A stretch of DNA of 64,000 nucleotides. It comes from a candidate division WS6 bacterium OLB20. Lineage in GTDB: Bacteria > Patescibacteriota > Dojkabacteria > B142 > OLB20. The stretch lies in the NCBI GenBank assembly GCA_001567355.1, contig JYNZ01000003.1, positions 274,124-338,123 of the forward strand, given 5' to 3'. Below, piece after piece: positions 31,583 through 41,666 of this stretch. The notes under the pieces were generated by a model that saw only the letters and a list, made by a program, of their open reading frames with translations, did not search any database and was not told where the DNA came from. Position numbers and translations under genes: made by a program. Each line of letters starts with the position of its first letter. Position 1 is the first letter of the stretch.

Positions 31583-32598
31583 TTACATTGCTGAATAAAG
31601 TCCGGTGGCAGATGTACGTATGTATCCCTGCAACTCAAGAGAAAGCAGTAACTTTCTCAGATCCGACTTTGCCATATTAACAGATTCCGTCAAATGCTCA
31701 AATGAACGTACACCCGTTTTAACCAGCGCAAGGACCTGCAGAGCCTCTACAGCAAGATTTTCTGCTACGGGCAGACCACCCTCATAGCCGAGTGATTCGA
31801 GTACGTCCACAGCACTGCACACAAGTCTTGCTACGCTGTCTCTGATCAGAATGTTACAACCGCGACCGGACAGTGATGCGGGAGAATATGGAAAAGCAAA
31901 TACATCACGTCCGTAATCAAAGGCAAGCCTGGCCGTAATAAGAGCGCCGCTTTTTTCCGGTGCCTGTGTGACCACGGTTGCATTACTGAGCCCGGCGACA
32001 ATCCGGTTACGACGGGGGAAGACAAAACGGTCATACCCGTCCGTCCGATAAAACTCGGACAAAACCAGCCCTGTCTCAATTATCTGATTGTACAAATCTG
32101 TATTACGTTTGGGAAACGGCTGAGTAATTCCTGTTCCAAGGACTGCGATTGTTGGAGCACCGGCATTGAGGGCCGTCTGGTGAGCAACGGCATCAACTCC
32201 CTGGGCAAGACCGCTGACTGTGATGATCCCTGCCTGCGCAAGAGAACATACAAGGTCCGTTGTCAGACTGCGCCCGGCGGCCGACATCTGTCTTGTACCG
32301 ACGACAGCAACCATCGTACCGCGCAGCAGTGAGGTGTCACCTGCGTAAAACAGTACCGTTGGAGCATCTGGTACGGACGCGAGCTGAACCGGGTATTCAG
32401 GTTCTCCAAGAACGAGATAGTCTTTAGTACCAATTTCGTCACACAGTTGTTTTGAGAGTACTATCTGTTCAGCAAATTTTTTTGTACACATGTGAGGAAC
32501 TGTCTGACAGAAAGCTGGATGCAGAGCCGAAACGCTCAATAATGGTTGTGTATGCTGCCCTGCCTATACCTGCAGTGTTGGCAAGTATAAGCCTGGCG
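31583..32598 (-). CDS. dprA: DNA processing protein DprA (Smf), N-terminus in a different frame (frameshift near 32530..32545)
   Basis: Rossmann core VVGTRQMSAAG...SGLAQGVD; N-terminal MTQSERHARLILANTAGIGRAAYTTIIERFGSASSF from an ATG near 32598 is out of frame with the main ORF. Confidence 0.8.
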
Positions 32599-32617
32599 TG
32601 ACGTTCTGATTGTGTCA

Positions 32618-34509
32618 TTAGTTTTCGCAGGCAGGTGCGAAATCATTGTAGACACAATTTATAAATTTGTTCATAATCGGAACCGTTTTATATCCACGGC
32701 CGCCCCACTGCTGCATTACTGTAAAGCAATAATTCTCATTGTCGTGATCAAAACAGCCGGTAATCCATGAGTGTGCTCCCCTGTAATACACCCCCTGGAT
32801 GTATTCACCGGCATCTGCAGAACCGGTTTTTGCGATAATACTGCTGTCCAGCTGACCCAGTCCCTGTGCTGTTCCGGTAACTGCAGCGGCACGCATCCCC
32901 TCTCTGACAGTGTCGATCGTACTTCTTGAAACGTCAAGCGTGCGCACGACCTCCGGCTCGAAAACCCTGACTGTCTGACCGGTGGGTGTCTCAATTCTGC
33001 TGACGAGATGCGGCTTAACGATCTTTCCTCCATTGGCAATTGCCGATGTCATGACAGTCATCTGCAAGGGGGTTACAGTGACAAGACCCTGTCCGATTAT
33101 CGTATTACACTCGTCACCGGTATACCAGGGTTCGCCCAGCAGCTTCTGTTTCAGTTCGGGTGAAGCATGGTACCCGACTGCTCTGCAGGCAGATCAATCC
33201 CTGTCTTCTGTCCAAGTCCGAATCTATCCGCATAATCCATCAATGTCCGGATTCCATTTCGCTTCTGATTAATCTCCAGCGCAACATTGCAGAAGTAGAT
33301 GTTACTCGACTTTTCAATTGCTTCAATTACATTGACGTTGCCGAGGTAACCGCTGTCAGCCTCACAGAATTTGATATCGCCAGGCAGTTCCATACATCTG
33401 TTTGACAGGAATTCGGTGTTTCGAGATACCACCTGCTCCTCAAGTCCCGCAGTTGCTCCGATAATCTTCCAGATCGACCCCGGTGGCAATTGAAGACCAA
33501 TCGTGCGGTCCAGCAGCGGGGTTTTAGGATCGTTCAGCAGCGCGCCGAAGTCATTTGCGCTGATCCCTTCTGCAAACAGATTATTGTCGTATGAAGGGAT
33601 GCTTACCATTGCTTTGACCTCGCCTGTCCTGCTGTTCATGATTACGCCAGCGCTGGCAAAGGCCTCAACTTCTTCCAGCTGACGTTGCATAATGTCGGTC
33701 AGATAGCGCTGCCAGTTTGCGTCCGCAGTCAGATGGAGGTTATCACCAAACCGTGCCTCCTGGGGCGTATATGTCCGCTCGCGCTCATCCAGCACCCCGC
33801 GCTCCCTAACCTCAATACCCTCGACTCCTCGAAGCTGACTGTCATAACTTCTCTCGAGGCCGACTTTTCCTACCTGGGACTCCGAGTAGATGCCGTTTTC
33901 AACATCTGCTTCGGTCGGATCACCGACATATCCGATGAGATGAGAGAAATAATGCCGTTCGGGGTATTCACGTTCGGGCTCTACATTTATATATGCACCT
34001 TTCTGCTGCGGAACAACAGTGGATAGTGCCAGATACTGGTCAAAATCGAGATTACTCTTGAGTGTGACGCGGTCCTGCTGTTTCTTTTTTCCATCTTCGG
34101 AGTATGCCTTGCTTCTGTAAGTAGCAAGCAGTTCGTCCGCAGGTTCATTCATTCCTGCGGCAAGTATCTGCAGCAGCTCCTCTTCGCGGTCCTGCTCAAG
34201 CTCTCCGGGTTTGATAAACAGAGAATATGATGGAAGATTGTAGGCAAGCCGGTTGCCCTGCGCATCAAAAATAAGTCCGCGCGGAGGGACAATACGTGAG
34301 GTGGACTGATTGATCTTTGTAGCAACCAGAAGGTTTTCTCCTCCCTCGATGATCTGCAGACTGAAGAGGTTGAGAAACAGAAAGGAAAATATGCCCAGGA
34401 TCAGCAGGTAAACACCGACGTATCTCCAGGAGAAATCGATCCTTCCCTGTGCCGACGCAGAGCCGACAAAATCAATCCGGTTTCGTTTTGGATTAGTTCT
34501 TAAATGCAT
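32618..34509 (-). CDS. mrdA: penicillin-binding protein 2 (class B transpeptidase), split by a frameshift near 33170..33180
   Basis: SXXK as SIWK in ORF 33151..34509, KTGS(A) in ORF 32618..33067; corrected frame joins them; sits upstream of mreD-mreC-mreB. Confidence 0.85.
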
Positions 34510-34972
34510 TCTCAGGCTTTTTCAGCCGACCGTGAATAAACAGTGCAAGTATCAGTATAGCACCATTTGTCACAAGGCTGACCGGCTCGAGCTGATAGCT
34601 CTGCTGGCCTGAGGTAATAAGGAATACATGCCGCATAATCAGACTGAGCGAAAAAATCAGTGCAGCCTGGAGATACGTATTCTCGCGAGGCAGAAACGAT
34701 GAAAACCTGAACAGCACAGCGGTTATACCCGCTGCAATAAAAAAAGCCACAGCATCCAGTCCCGCAACAGGCCGGAATGCGGCAAGCTCGACAAACAGTG
34801 TACCGGCAATAACCAGCAGCATGCCGCTGCGCGGATGTTTTACCAGGATCAGCATAAGTCCGATCAGATAGATCAGTCTGATCTCACTGAGCGAGGCAAT
34901 ACGTGCACCGGCAAAAAACAGCTCCACAAAAGGCACAAGCAGCACAAGAATGATTGTCAGTATCGTCGTCAT
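34493..34972 (-). CDS. mreD: rod shape-determining protein MreD (polytopic membrane protein)
   Basis: 159 aa, about 5 TM helices, located between mreC and mrdA. Confidence 0.65.
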   Translation of the reverse strand: MTTILTIILVLLVPFVELFFAGARIASLSEIRLIYLIGLMLILVKHPRSGMLLVIAGTLFVELAAFRPVAGLDAVAFFIAAGITAVLFRFSSFLPRENTYLQAALIFSLSLIMRHVFLITSGQQSYQLEPVSLVTNGAILILALFIHGRLKKPENAFKN

Positions 34973-35763
34973 TGTTTCAGTACAAACAGTCGCTGCAGAT
35001 TATTAAACTCAACCGGAGAAATTACGCGCGCCCGTTTTGTTAGCTCACTCTCTAAAGAGATAACATCTCCCGCAGTCCCGGCATTTAATCCGAACGGAAA
35101 ACTGGTGTTAATCCCGGTCGTAATGAGCTGCTCACCCTTCTCAAGGGTGCGCTCATTCAGCACTTCTGTCAAAATCAGACCTGTGCCAAATTCGCCCCGG
35201 AGCAACCCCTTCGTTTCCGTCCCGATAACCTTTACCGGAACAGCACTCTCAGGTGACGTCAGCAGCCTGACCCTGGCGCTGCGGGGCTCAACACTGATTA
35301 CCTCCCCGACGGCAAAATTGTCCACGATAACAACGTCACTGACAGCAATATTTGAATCCGAACCCTTATTGATGATTACCTCGCCCATTCTGGCCTGATC
35401 ATAAAAGCGGACGCGGACGGGAATGAGTTCAAACGGAAGATCAAACTGTAACTCTTTCGTAACACTGCGCAGATCATCCAGCTGTGTTTTAAGTGTTGCA
35501 TTTTCAGACTCCAGTGCAAGATTTTCCTCAATCAGCTGATCTCTCTCATCCCGCAAGCTACTGAGACTGGAAAGAAAATCGAGCTCGTCTGCAAAGCCTC
35601 CAAAAAATGCGGTACTGTCCGACTGTACACCTGCGAGAACTGCACCGATAAGAACACGGAAACCGTCAAAGGTGCCGGCGAAGGAAAACAGAATAAGCAA
35701 AAACGAGATCACAACTCCGCTGGCAATCTGTACTGGTGTGAGAAGAAAACTCTGACCGCGCAT
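34969..35763 (-). CDS. mreC: rod shape-determining protein MreC
   Basis: N-terminal TM, coiled-coil region then beta-barrel domains; mreB-mreC-mreD order. Confidence 0.8.
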   Translation of the reverse strand: MRGQSFLLTPVQIASGVVISFLLILFSFAGTFDGFRVLIGAVLAGVQSDSTAFFGGFADELDFLSSLSSLRDERDQLIEENLALESENATLKTQLDDLRSVTKELQFDLPFELIPVRVRFYDQARMGEVIINKGSDSNIAVSDVVIVDNFAVGEVISVEPRSARVRLLTSPESAVPVKVIGTETKGLLRGEFGTGLILTEVLNERTLEKGEQLITTGINTSFPFGLNAGTAGDVISLESELTKRARVISPVEFNNLQRLFVLKQ

Positions 35764-35765
35764 AG

Positions 35766-36821
35766 TTAAATGATATCATCACCACGCACCTGAATCCTCT
35801 CGAGCAGTTCTATCTCATCAAGCAGGATCTCGGTCCCGCGAACTACAGCGGTCAGGGGATCCTCTGCAATGATGACGGGTGTATTCAGGCGTTCCTCCAG
35901 GAACTTGTCAATGCCGTAAATAAGCGCTCCTCCACCGGCCATGGTAATACCACGATCCAGAAGATCTGAAAGTATTTCGGGCGGTGACTTTTCGATAGCT
36001 TCCTTAATTGCCTCGGCCAGCCGTTCAAGGACTTTAGTCATTGCTTCGCGGACCTCAACGCTGCTCATCGTGACAATGCGCGGAAGTCCCGTAACAAGGT
36101 CGCGACCTTTTACTTCAATTTCGGTCTCCTTTTTGAGGGGTATAGCTGAACCGATCGCAATTTTGATGTCTTCTGCCATCTTCTGACCGATCAGGATGTT
36201 GTATTTGTGCCTCGCATAGTTGAGTATTTCATCATCAAACTCATTGCCTGCGATCCTGATTGTGTTATCAACTACAATTCCTCCAAGCGAGATAACAGCA
36301 ATATCCGTCGTGCCCGCACCGATGTCAACGATCATACTTCCCGAGGCATCATCAATCGGAAGACGGGCACCGACTGCAGCAGCCATCGGCTCCTCTATGA
36401 TATAGACTTTTCTGGCACCGGCAGAGAGTGCGGCATCAATAACCGCACGACCTTCAACTTCAGTAATACTAGACGGGATGCCTATTATCACGCGTGGTCG
36501 CGGCAACCTTGGGAACCTTGGATACTCCTCGTACACCTTGTGTATGAAGTACCTGATCATCGCCTCGGTCGAGTCGAAATCCGAAATAACTCCATCCTCC
36601 AGGGGTTGAATGGCAACGATGTTTGCCGGGGTTCTGCCGATCATTCGCTTTGCTTCGGCACCGACTGCAAGAACCTGTTTTGTATTCTGATTGATCGCGA
36701 CGACAGACGGCTCATTGATAACAAGTCCGTGTCCTTTAACGCTGACAAGTGTACTTGATGTACCGAGGTCTATTCCTATGTCATGCGTAACCAGCGACCA
36801 GAAGCGCTCCAGAACTGACAT
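35766..36821 (-). CDS. mreB: rod shape-determining actin homolog MreB
   Basis: IGIDLGTSST phosphate-1 motif, actin-like ATPase fold across 351 aa. Confidence 0.9.
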   Translation of the reverse strand: MSVLERFWSLVTHDIGIDLGTSSTLVSVKGHGLVINEPSVVAINQNTKQVLAVGAEAKRMIGRTPANIVAIQPLEDGVISDFDSTEAMIRYFIHKVYEEYPRFPRLPRPRVIIGIPSSITEVEGRAVIDAALSAGARKVYIIEEPMAAAVGARLPIDDASGSMIVDIGAGTTDIAVISLGGIVVDNTIRIAGNEFDDEILNYARHKYNILIGQKMAEDIKIAIGSAIPLKKETEIEVKGRDLVTGLPRIVTMSSVEVREAMTKVLERLAEAIKEAIEKSPPEILSDLLDRGITMAGGGALIYGIDKFLEERLNTPVIIAEDPLTAVVRGTEILLDEIELLERIQVRGDDII

Positions 36822-37119
36822 GCGGGTACGGTGTGAAAATTTGAACTATTGTAGCACCATGCTACCACATATACTATCCAGTCATCACGCAGCTGCTGCT
36901 CAAGTTGAGCAAAATCAGTGTACCTGCTATACTTAATCAACCCTACTTGAGGTGCTCTGATGAGAGGTAATTGAACCTACGCTATACCTTTAGGGAATCC
37001 AAAATCTCTCTGTCTCTTGGGACAGAGCTGAGGAACACCACGTGTGTTACTAAGGATTCAATTTTGCTCATCAGCATTCAGTAGGGCTTTTTATCGCGAC
37101 AGTTTCCCCCGTCGCACCT

Positions 37120-37195
37120 GCTGGAATAGCTCAGATGGTAGAGCGCACCCATGGTAAGGGTGAGGTCTCGGGTTCGATCCCCGATTCCAGCTCCA
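37120..37195 (+). tRNA. tRNA-Thr (anticodon GGU), CCA encoded
   Basis: Cloverleaf: acceptor gctggaa/ttccagc, D arm gctc/gagc, anticodon stem caccc/gggtg with loop atGGTaa, T arm tcggg-ttcgatc-cccga. Confidence 0.75.
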
Positions 37196-37388
37196 GAGTT
37201 TTTGAGCTGTCTCCAACAGCGAAAAATTACTCTGGAGACGTCCCCTGGAGCATGTGATATACAAATCACATGCGGACGGCCAGCGACTTCCGGTCAGAAG
37301 TGCACAAGGATACCTGGATGTGCCGTATGCAAGTAATAATAACCTTACATCACTACCCTGCCCGACTGCTCTCAGCTATACTTGACTC

Positions 37389-38153
37389 ATGATCGCAGGC
37401 CATATTGAACACAACCACGGACGCCTATACTACGAAACAGACGGCACGGGAGAGCCGCTTGTATTTATTCATGGCTTTTCCCTCGATCACCGGATGTGGC
37501 GAGAACAGCTTTCCGCATTCCGTGACTACCAGGTACTGACCTATGATCTGCGAGGCCATGGCAGATCAGATGTTCCCTCGGGGTCATACTCGCACCACGA
37601 CGATCTTGCGGCCCTGCTTGAGGAACTCGAGATACAGCCCGTACATCTTGTTGGTCTCTCACTTGGTGGAGAGGTTGCACTTGACTTTGCAGTCGAATAT
37701 GCAGGCCATGCGCGATCACTGACACTGCTGAGCACGTCCCTCAGCGGCTTCAGCGGAAACGTTGACTGGAATGTTCATCCCGAAGCCGGTCTGCCGTATG
37801 CAAAACTTAACTGGCTTAACCATGAAGTCTTTGCGTCGGCAAGAAAAGTCCCGGCTGTCAGGTCAGTACTCGAACAGATGATATATGACTATTCAGGCTG
37901 GCACTGGCTTAACGATGATCCACGCGAACGTCCCGAGCCACCTGCAGCTGATAGAGTCCGGGAGCTTACCATTCCGATACTTACAGCGGTCGGCGAAGAT
38001 GACCTGCCGTACTACCACGATATCGCTAACGCAATTGCCGGTGCGACTTCATCGGCAGAGAAAACGGTTATTCAAGGAGCCGGTCATCTGCTCAACCTCG
38101 AAAAACCCGAGCTGATAAATGCGCTTATCCGGCAGCAGACTGTAGCCCGTTAA
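37389..38153 (+). CDS. alpha/beta-fold hydrolase
   Basis: HGFSLDHRMW oxyanion region and nucleophile elbow GLSLGG; 254 aa. Confidence 0.75.
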   Translation: MIAGHIEHNHGRLYYETDGTGEPLVFIHGFSLDHRMWREQLSAFRDYQVLTYDLRGHGRSDVPSGSYSHHDDLAALLEELEIQPVHLVGLSLGGEVALDFAVEYAGHARSLTLLSTSLSGFSGNVDWNVHPEAGLPYAKLNWLNHEVFASARKVPAVRSVLEQMIYDYSGWHWLNDDPRERPEPPAADRVRELTIPILTAVGEDDLPYYHDIANAIAGATSSAEKTVIQGAGHLLNLEKPELINALIRQQTVAR

Positions 38154-38416
38154 AATATCCCATTTTCGTAACAGGCAATCTCCGGGCAACCTACATCACC
38201 ACGAAGCCCTGTTTTAAATATTACATCACAGACCCCCTGCGCCCTACTCTCCAGGCAACAACAGCGCAGCCACTCAGCAGATAATCAATAGCTGACCACC
38301 ACCGATCAAAACACCACGGTGGACAAACAAGACCCGGTCTGTGCCGCACTCGCGTCTGCATGACGTTGTCATCAGAAAACAAAATCATGTATACTCCAGT
38401 TCGTCCCGTATTGCTG

Positions 38417-38422
38417 TATAAT
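38417..38422 (+). promoter_or_regulatory. candidate -10 element (TGtataat) upstream of the tRNA-Tyr/tRNA-Thr pair
   Basis: tataat preceded by TG, 15 nt upstream of tRNA-Tyr 5' end. Confidence 0.3.
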
Positions 38423-38437
38423 CTAATACGCAATTGC

Positions 38438-38520
38438 GCAGGGATGGCAGAGCGGTCAAATGCACCAGACTGTAAATCTGGCGTCGCGAGACTACGGGGG
38501 TTCAAATCCCTCTCCCTGCA
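38438..38520 (+). tRNA. tRNA-Tyr (anticodon GUA), long variable arm
   Basis: Acceptor gcaggga/tccctgc, anticodon loop ctGTAaa, type-II variable arm, T arm ggggg-ttcaaat-ccctc. Confidence 0.85.
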
Positions 38521-38526
38521 TAGTGA

Positions 38527-38602
38527 GCCGCCTTAGCTCAGTTGGTAGAGCATCGGTTTTGTAAACCGCTGGTCGTCAGTTCGAGTCTGACAGGCGGCTC
38601 CA
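38527..38602 (+). tRNA. tRNA-Thr (anticodon UGU), CCA encoded, followed by T-run
   Basis: Acceptor gccgcct/aggcggc, anticodon stem tcggt/accgc with loop ttTGTaa, T arm gtcag-ttcgagt-ctgac. Confidence 0.8.
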
Positions 38603-38739
38603 TCTTTTTTCGGGGTTACCACCCCCTCCCATGATTTAAGCGTATCCAGGCCGCGGTAAAACAGTCCTTAACTGCCGGCATGGATTATGCATTCGCTCAC
38701 TGATAGCGTATAATCACACAATCAAGACTCCTTTTCGCA

Positions 38740-39201
38740 ATGAAATACGACGTTTCAGAAGTCGGTGAGATCGAAATCAATACAATTGTGTTTGACCTGA
38801 ACGGGACACTGCAGGTGCAGGGATCCATTCCCGAAGGTGTCAGGGAACGCCTTGCAAAGCTCCGCGAACTTGGTTTCAGCCTGGTATTCTTTACCGGCGA
38901 TGCCCGTGGTAATGCACACGAAATAGCAGAAGAACTGGGGATCGAGTTTCGCAAATGCGTTAACGGTGCAGAAAAAGAAGCCGCCATGTCGGATTTTGAT
39001 AAAGAAACCACCGCAGCAATCGGAAACGCACGGATAGATATCGGCACATTCCGTAACGCAAAACTTGCGATCGGAACTCTACAGGCAGAAGGTATCCATA
39101 CCGGTATACTTAAACACATCGACGTACTTGTCCCCTCGATAAATGACGCCCTGGACTTTTTCCTGGACGAAGCTGCCTTCAAGGCAACCATGCGCACATA
39201 A
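38740..39201 (+). CDS. small HAD-superfamily-like protein with non-canonical motif I (DLNGT instead of DxDGT)
   Basis: FDLNGTL (motif I), VFFTGD, GNARID (motif IV-like with Asn); 153 aa. Confidence 0.5.
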   Translation: MKYDVSEVGEIEINTIVFDLNGTLQVQGSIPEGVRERLAKLRELGFSLVFFTGDARGNAHEIAEELGIEFRKCVNGAEKEAAMSDFDKETTAAIGNARIDIGTFRNAKLAIGTLQAEGIHTGILKHIDVLVPSINDALDFFLDEAAFKATMRT

Positions 39202-39738
39202 ATGAAACACAGCAGCAGAATCAAAAATTATTTCGACAGCGCGGAGGCCAGCATCATTCCTCTTGACGATGCCTTTGTACCGAGCACAGAGCAGCTGAAG
39301 CAGATCGTGACAATATGCAACAGCGAACCGAACTACAGCATGCTGTTTAAAGAGAAGAAAGGGGCAAAACCTTATACTGCCGAAGATGCTGCCGGCTTTA
39401 TCTCGTGGGCTCAAAGGGGCTGGAGCGGATCAGAGTATTTTGTTTTTCTGATCCTGGAAGACGGGCGTATTGCCGGGGCGGTAGACATCAAATCGGCTTC
39501 AAAGGATGCTTCCGAAATCGGATACTGGAGCAATCCCGACCGCAAAGGCTTTATGACCGCAGCTGTTACTGATCTGTGTTCGATTGCCCGCAGTATGGGC
39601 TATCAAAAACTTTACGCCCTTGTCCGCACTCACAACAGCAAATCAGCAAATGTGCTTGAACGCGCAGGCTTTGTCCGTGATAATGAATCAGTTGTCAAAG
39701 ACGGCAGTGATTACTTCAGATACTCAAAACAAATCTAA
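39202..39738 (+). CDS. GNAT-family N-acetyltransferase (RimJ/RimL-like)
   Basis: GYWSNPDRKGFMT...ANVLERAGF acetyl-CoA binding region typical of GNAT. Confidence 0.7.
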   Translation: MKHSSRIKNYFDSAEASIIPLDDAFVPSTEQLKQIVTICNSEPNYSMLFKEKKGAKPYTAEDAAGFISWAQRGWSGSEYFVFLILEDGRIAGAVDIKSASKDASEIGYWSNPDRKGFMTAAVTDLCSIARSMGYQKLYALVRTHNSKSANVLERAGFVRDNESVVKDGSDYFRYSKQI

Positions 39739-39740
39739 CA

Positions 39741-40472
39741 ATGCAGATCGAAGGCAGAAACCCGGTAATTGAAGCTCTTAAGGCGCGCAGTGATCTGAAA
39801 TACATCATTCTTGATGAGGCACTCGAGCCGGATCCGAAAATCAACAAAATCAGAAAACTGGCTGCACAACGGGAGGTACCTGTCCGCATGAAGCCGCGAA
39901 AATATCTGAAAAAAATCTCGCAGACCGGAACACACCAGGGCGTAATCGCCGTAAAGAACGAGGGAAAAGCTCCGTCGTTCCGGCAGCTGGTTGAAGCAGT
40001 ACCGCTTGAGAGCTCACCCTTTTTCATCTATATCAGAGAAGCCCTGTACGAACACAACATCGGAGCAATAATCCGTACAGCCGAGGCTGCCGGGGCACAC
40101 GGAGTGATTATTCCGCCCAAGGCAAAGATCACACCTCAGGTAATCAGGATCTCCATGGGCGGTACCGAGCATGTCCCCGTAATCCAGGAGGGGCTGTTTC
40201 CGGTGATCAAACAGGCCCGCGAAAAACTGGGTCTTAAGGTGATCGGTATCGAAGTCAGCGGCGAAAACTACTACTATCAGGAGGATCTGTCCGGGCCTGT
40301 CCTGTTTATCATCGGTGGCGAAGACAGACCGCTGAGTGATGAAATCACAAGCAAATGCGATGCAGTTGTTAAGATTCCCCTGCGGGGTTACCTTAACTCA
40401 CTCAATATGAGTGTCGCAGCCGGCATCGTTCTCTACGATAAAGTCCGACAGGAAATGTCAGAAAACGTGTGA
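39741..40472 (+). CDS. SpoU/TrmH-family RNA 2'-O-methyltransferase (RlmB-like)
   Basis: N-terminal L30e-like substrate-binding domain, SPOUT core GAIIRTAEAAGAHGVIIP, IPLRGYLNSLNMSVAAGIVLY. Confidence 0.8.
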   Translation: MQIEGRNPVIEALKARSDLKYIILDEALEPDPKINKIRKLAAQREVPVRMKPRKYLKKISQTGTHQGVIAVKNEGKAPSFRQLVEAVPLESSPFFIYIREALYEHNIGAIIRTAEAAGAHGVIIPPKAKITPQVIRISMGGTEHVPVIQEGLFPVIKQAREKLGLKVIGIEVSGENYYYQEDLSGPVLFIIGGEDRPLSDEITSKCDAVVKIPLRGYLNSLNMSVAAGIVLYDKVRQEMSENV

Positions 40473-40496
40473 GCCGCTCTGGACGCGAGGGTATTT

Positions 40497-40507
40497 TGTG
40501 GTACAAT
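40497..40507 (+). promoter_or_regulatory. candidate extended -10 promoter (TGgTACAAT) for rpmG-tRNA-Trp-secE-nusG
   Basis: tggtacaat 49 nt upstream of rpmG start; weak -35. Confidence 0.35.
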
Positions 40508-40555
40508 ATCACCTGAATTCCCGCACTAGGGTTAATAATTTTTTACGCATCTGGA

Positions 40556-40723
40556 ATGGCGAAGAAAGGCAACCGGATACTGATAAAACTCGTAAACAAG
40601 AAGACTGGCACGTTTTATGTGACGAGTAAGAACCGGATCAACACCAACGATAAAATCGCAATGACCAAGTTTGACCCCAAGACGGGCAAACACGAGAAGT
40701 TTGAAGAGACCAAGATCAAATAG
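40556..40723 (+). CDS. rpmG: 50S ribosomal protein L33 (55 aa; below ORF-track size cut-off)
   Basis: Manual translation MAKKGNRILIKLVNKKTGTFYVTSKNRINTNDKIAMTKFDPKTGKHEKFEETKIK; conserved rpmG-tRNA-Trp-secE-nusG order. Confidence 0.85.
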   Translation: MAKKGNRILIKLVNKKTGTFYVTSKNRINTNDKIAMTKFDPKTGKHEKFEETKIK

Positions 40724-40728
40724 ACTGT

Positions 40729-40803
40729 AGAGCCATGGTGTCAATGGTAGCATGACGGTCTCCAAAACCGTTGGTAGTGGTTCGAATCCACTTGGCTCTG
40801 CCA
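40729..40803 (+). tRNA. tRNA-Trp (anticodon CCA), CCA encoded
   Basis: Acceptor agagcca/tggctct, anticodon stem acggt/accgt with loop ctCCAaa, T arm agtgg-ttcgaat-ccact. Confidence 0.85.
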
Positions 40804-40833
40804 AGTGAGAAGATTAATTCAGACGATAACAGA

Positions 40834-41046
40834 ATGAGGCGGTTAATCGGTATTCCCGAGGCAATCGTAGGATTTATCAGGGAGATCATCCAGGAAATGA
40901 AACTGGTTGAATTTCCAAGTCGCGCCGAAACGTTCCGTAAGACCGGCATCGTTTTTGGCGCTTCTCTATTGCTGGGACTATTACTGTTCGGACTTGACTC
41001 ACTGTTCTTTGCAATCAGGAATTTAATAACAAATATAACTATCTAG
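40834..41046 (+). CDS. secE: preprotein translocase subunit SecE
   Basis: 70-aa protein with KLVEFPSRAETF and a single C-terminal TM helix; ORF opens at 40771 but Met at 40834 fits SecE. Confidence 0.8.
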   Translation: MRRLIGIPEAIVGFIREIIQEMKLVEFPSRAETFRKTGIVFGASLLLGLLLFGLDSLFFAIRNLITNITI

Positions 41047-41048
41047 TC

Positions 41049-41648
41049 ATGGCAGACACCAAACAGAAAAAAACTGCGAAGAAGGATAAGGCTGAACAGC
41101 CTGCAGACGAAAAGCAGACAAATGACAATCACAAATGGTATGTGATCAACTCATATGCCGGACATGAAAAAAAGGTCTGCACGCAGATAATGCAGCGTGT
41201 CAAAGCAAATAATCTTGAAGATCAGATCTCCGAAGTGGTTGTTCCTACCCAGGAGAAAATCGAAGTGCGCGACGGCAAGAAGCGCACAGTCCAGGAAAAG
41301 TTCCTGCCGGGATATGTCCTCGTAAAGATGGACATGAATGAAAACACATGGCAGGTTATCAGAAATACAGAAGGTGTCACCGGATTTGTTGGTACAGGCA
41401 AAAAACCAACGCCTCTAAGCCCGGATGAAGCCAAACGCATTCTCACATATATGGACGTGGAGCAGCCGGAGTATCAGACTAGCTTTGCAGTTGGTGATGC
41501 AGTCAAGGTTGTTGACGGTCCCTTTACTGATTTTGTCGGAAGCATATCAGAGATCAATACCGACAAAGGTCAGGTACGCGTACTTCTCTCTGTGTTTGGT
41601 CGTGAGACACCTGTTGTACTCGACTTTTTACAGGTCACCCGACTCTAA
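41049..41648 (+). CDS. nusG: transcription termination/antitermination factor NusG (with basic N-terminal extension)
   Basis: NGN domain (KWYVINSYAGHEKKV) and C-terminal KOW motif (GDAVKVVDGPFTDFVG). Confidence 0.9.
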   Translation: MADTKQKKTAKKDKAEQPADEKQTNDNHKWYVINSYAGHEKKVCTQIMQRVKANNLEDQISEVVVPTQEKIEVRDGKKRTVQEKFLPGYVLVKMDMNENTWQVIRNTEGVTGFVGTGKKPTPLSPDEAKRILTYMDVEQPEYQTSFAVGDAVKVVDGPFTDFVGSISEINTDKGQVRVLLSVFGRETPVVLDFLQVTRL

Positions 41649-41666
41649 TATTCAACTAACGAAATC

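Noticed and set aside
36956-36963. CUGAUGAG hammerhead-ribozyme-like core upstream of tRNA-Thr
   Set aside because: No accompanying GAAA/CGAAAC core element or flanking helices I-III; isolated octamer
37078-37269. 63-aa ORF overlapping tRNA-Thr(GGU)
   Set aside because: Overlaps a well-folded tRNA on the opposite strand; spurious
38697-39224. 175-aa ORF on the minus strand overlapping the HAD-like gene
   Set aside because: The + strand ORF carries recognisable HAD motifs and is collinear with downstream + strand genes; minus ORF is Ser/Arg-rich with no features
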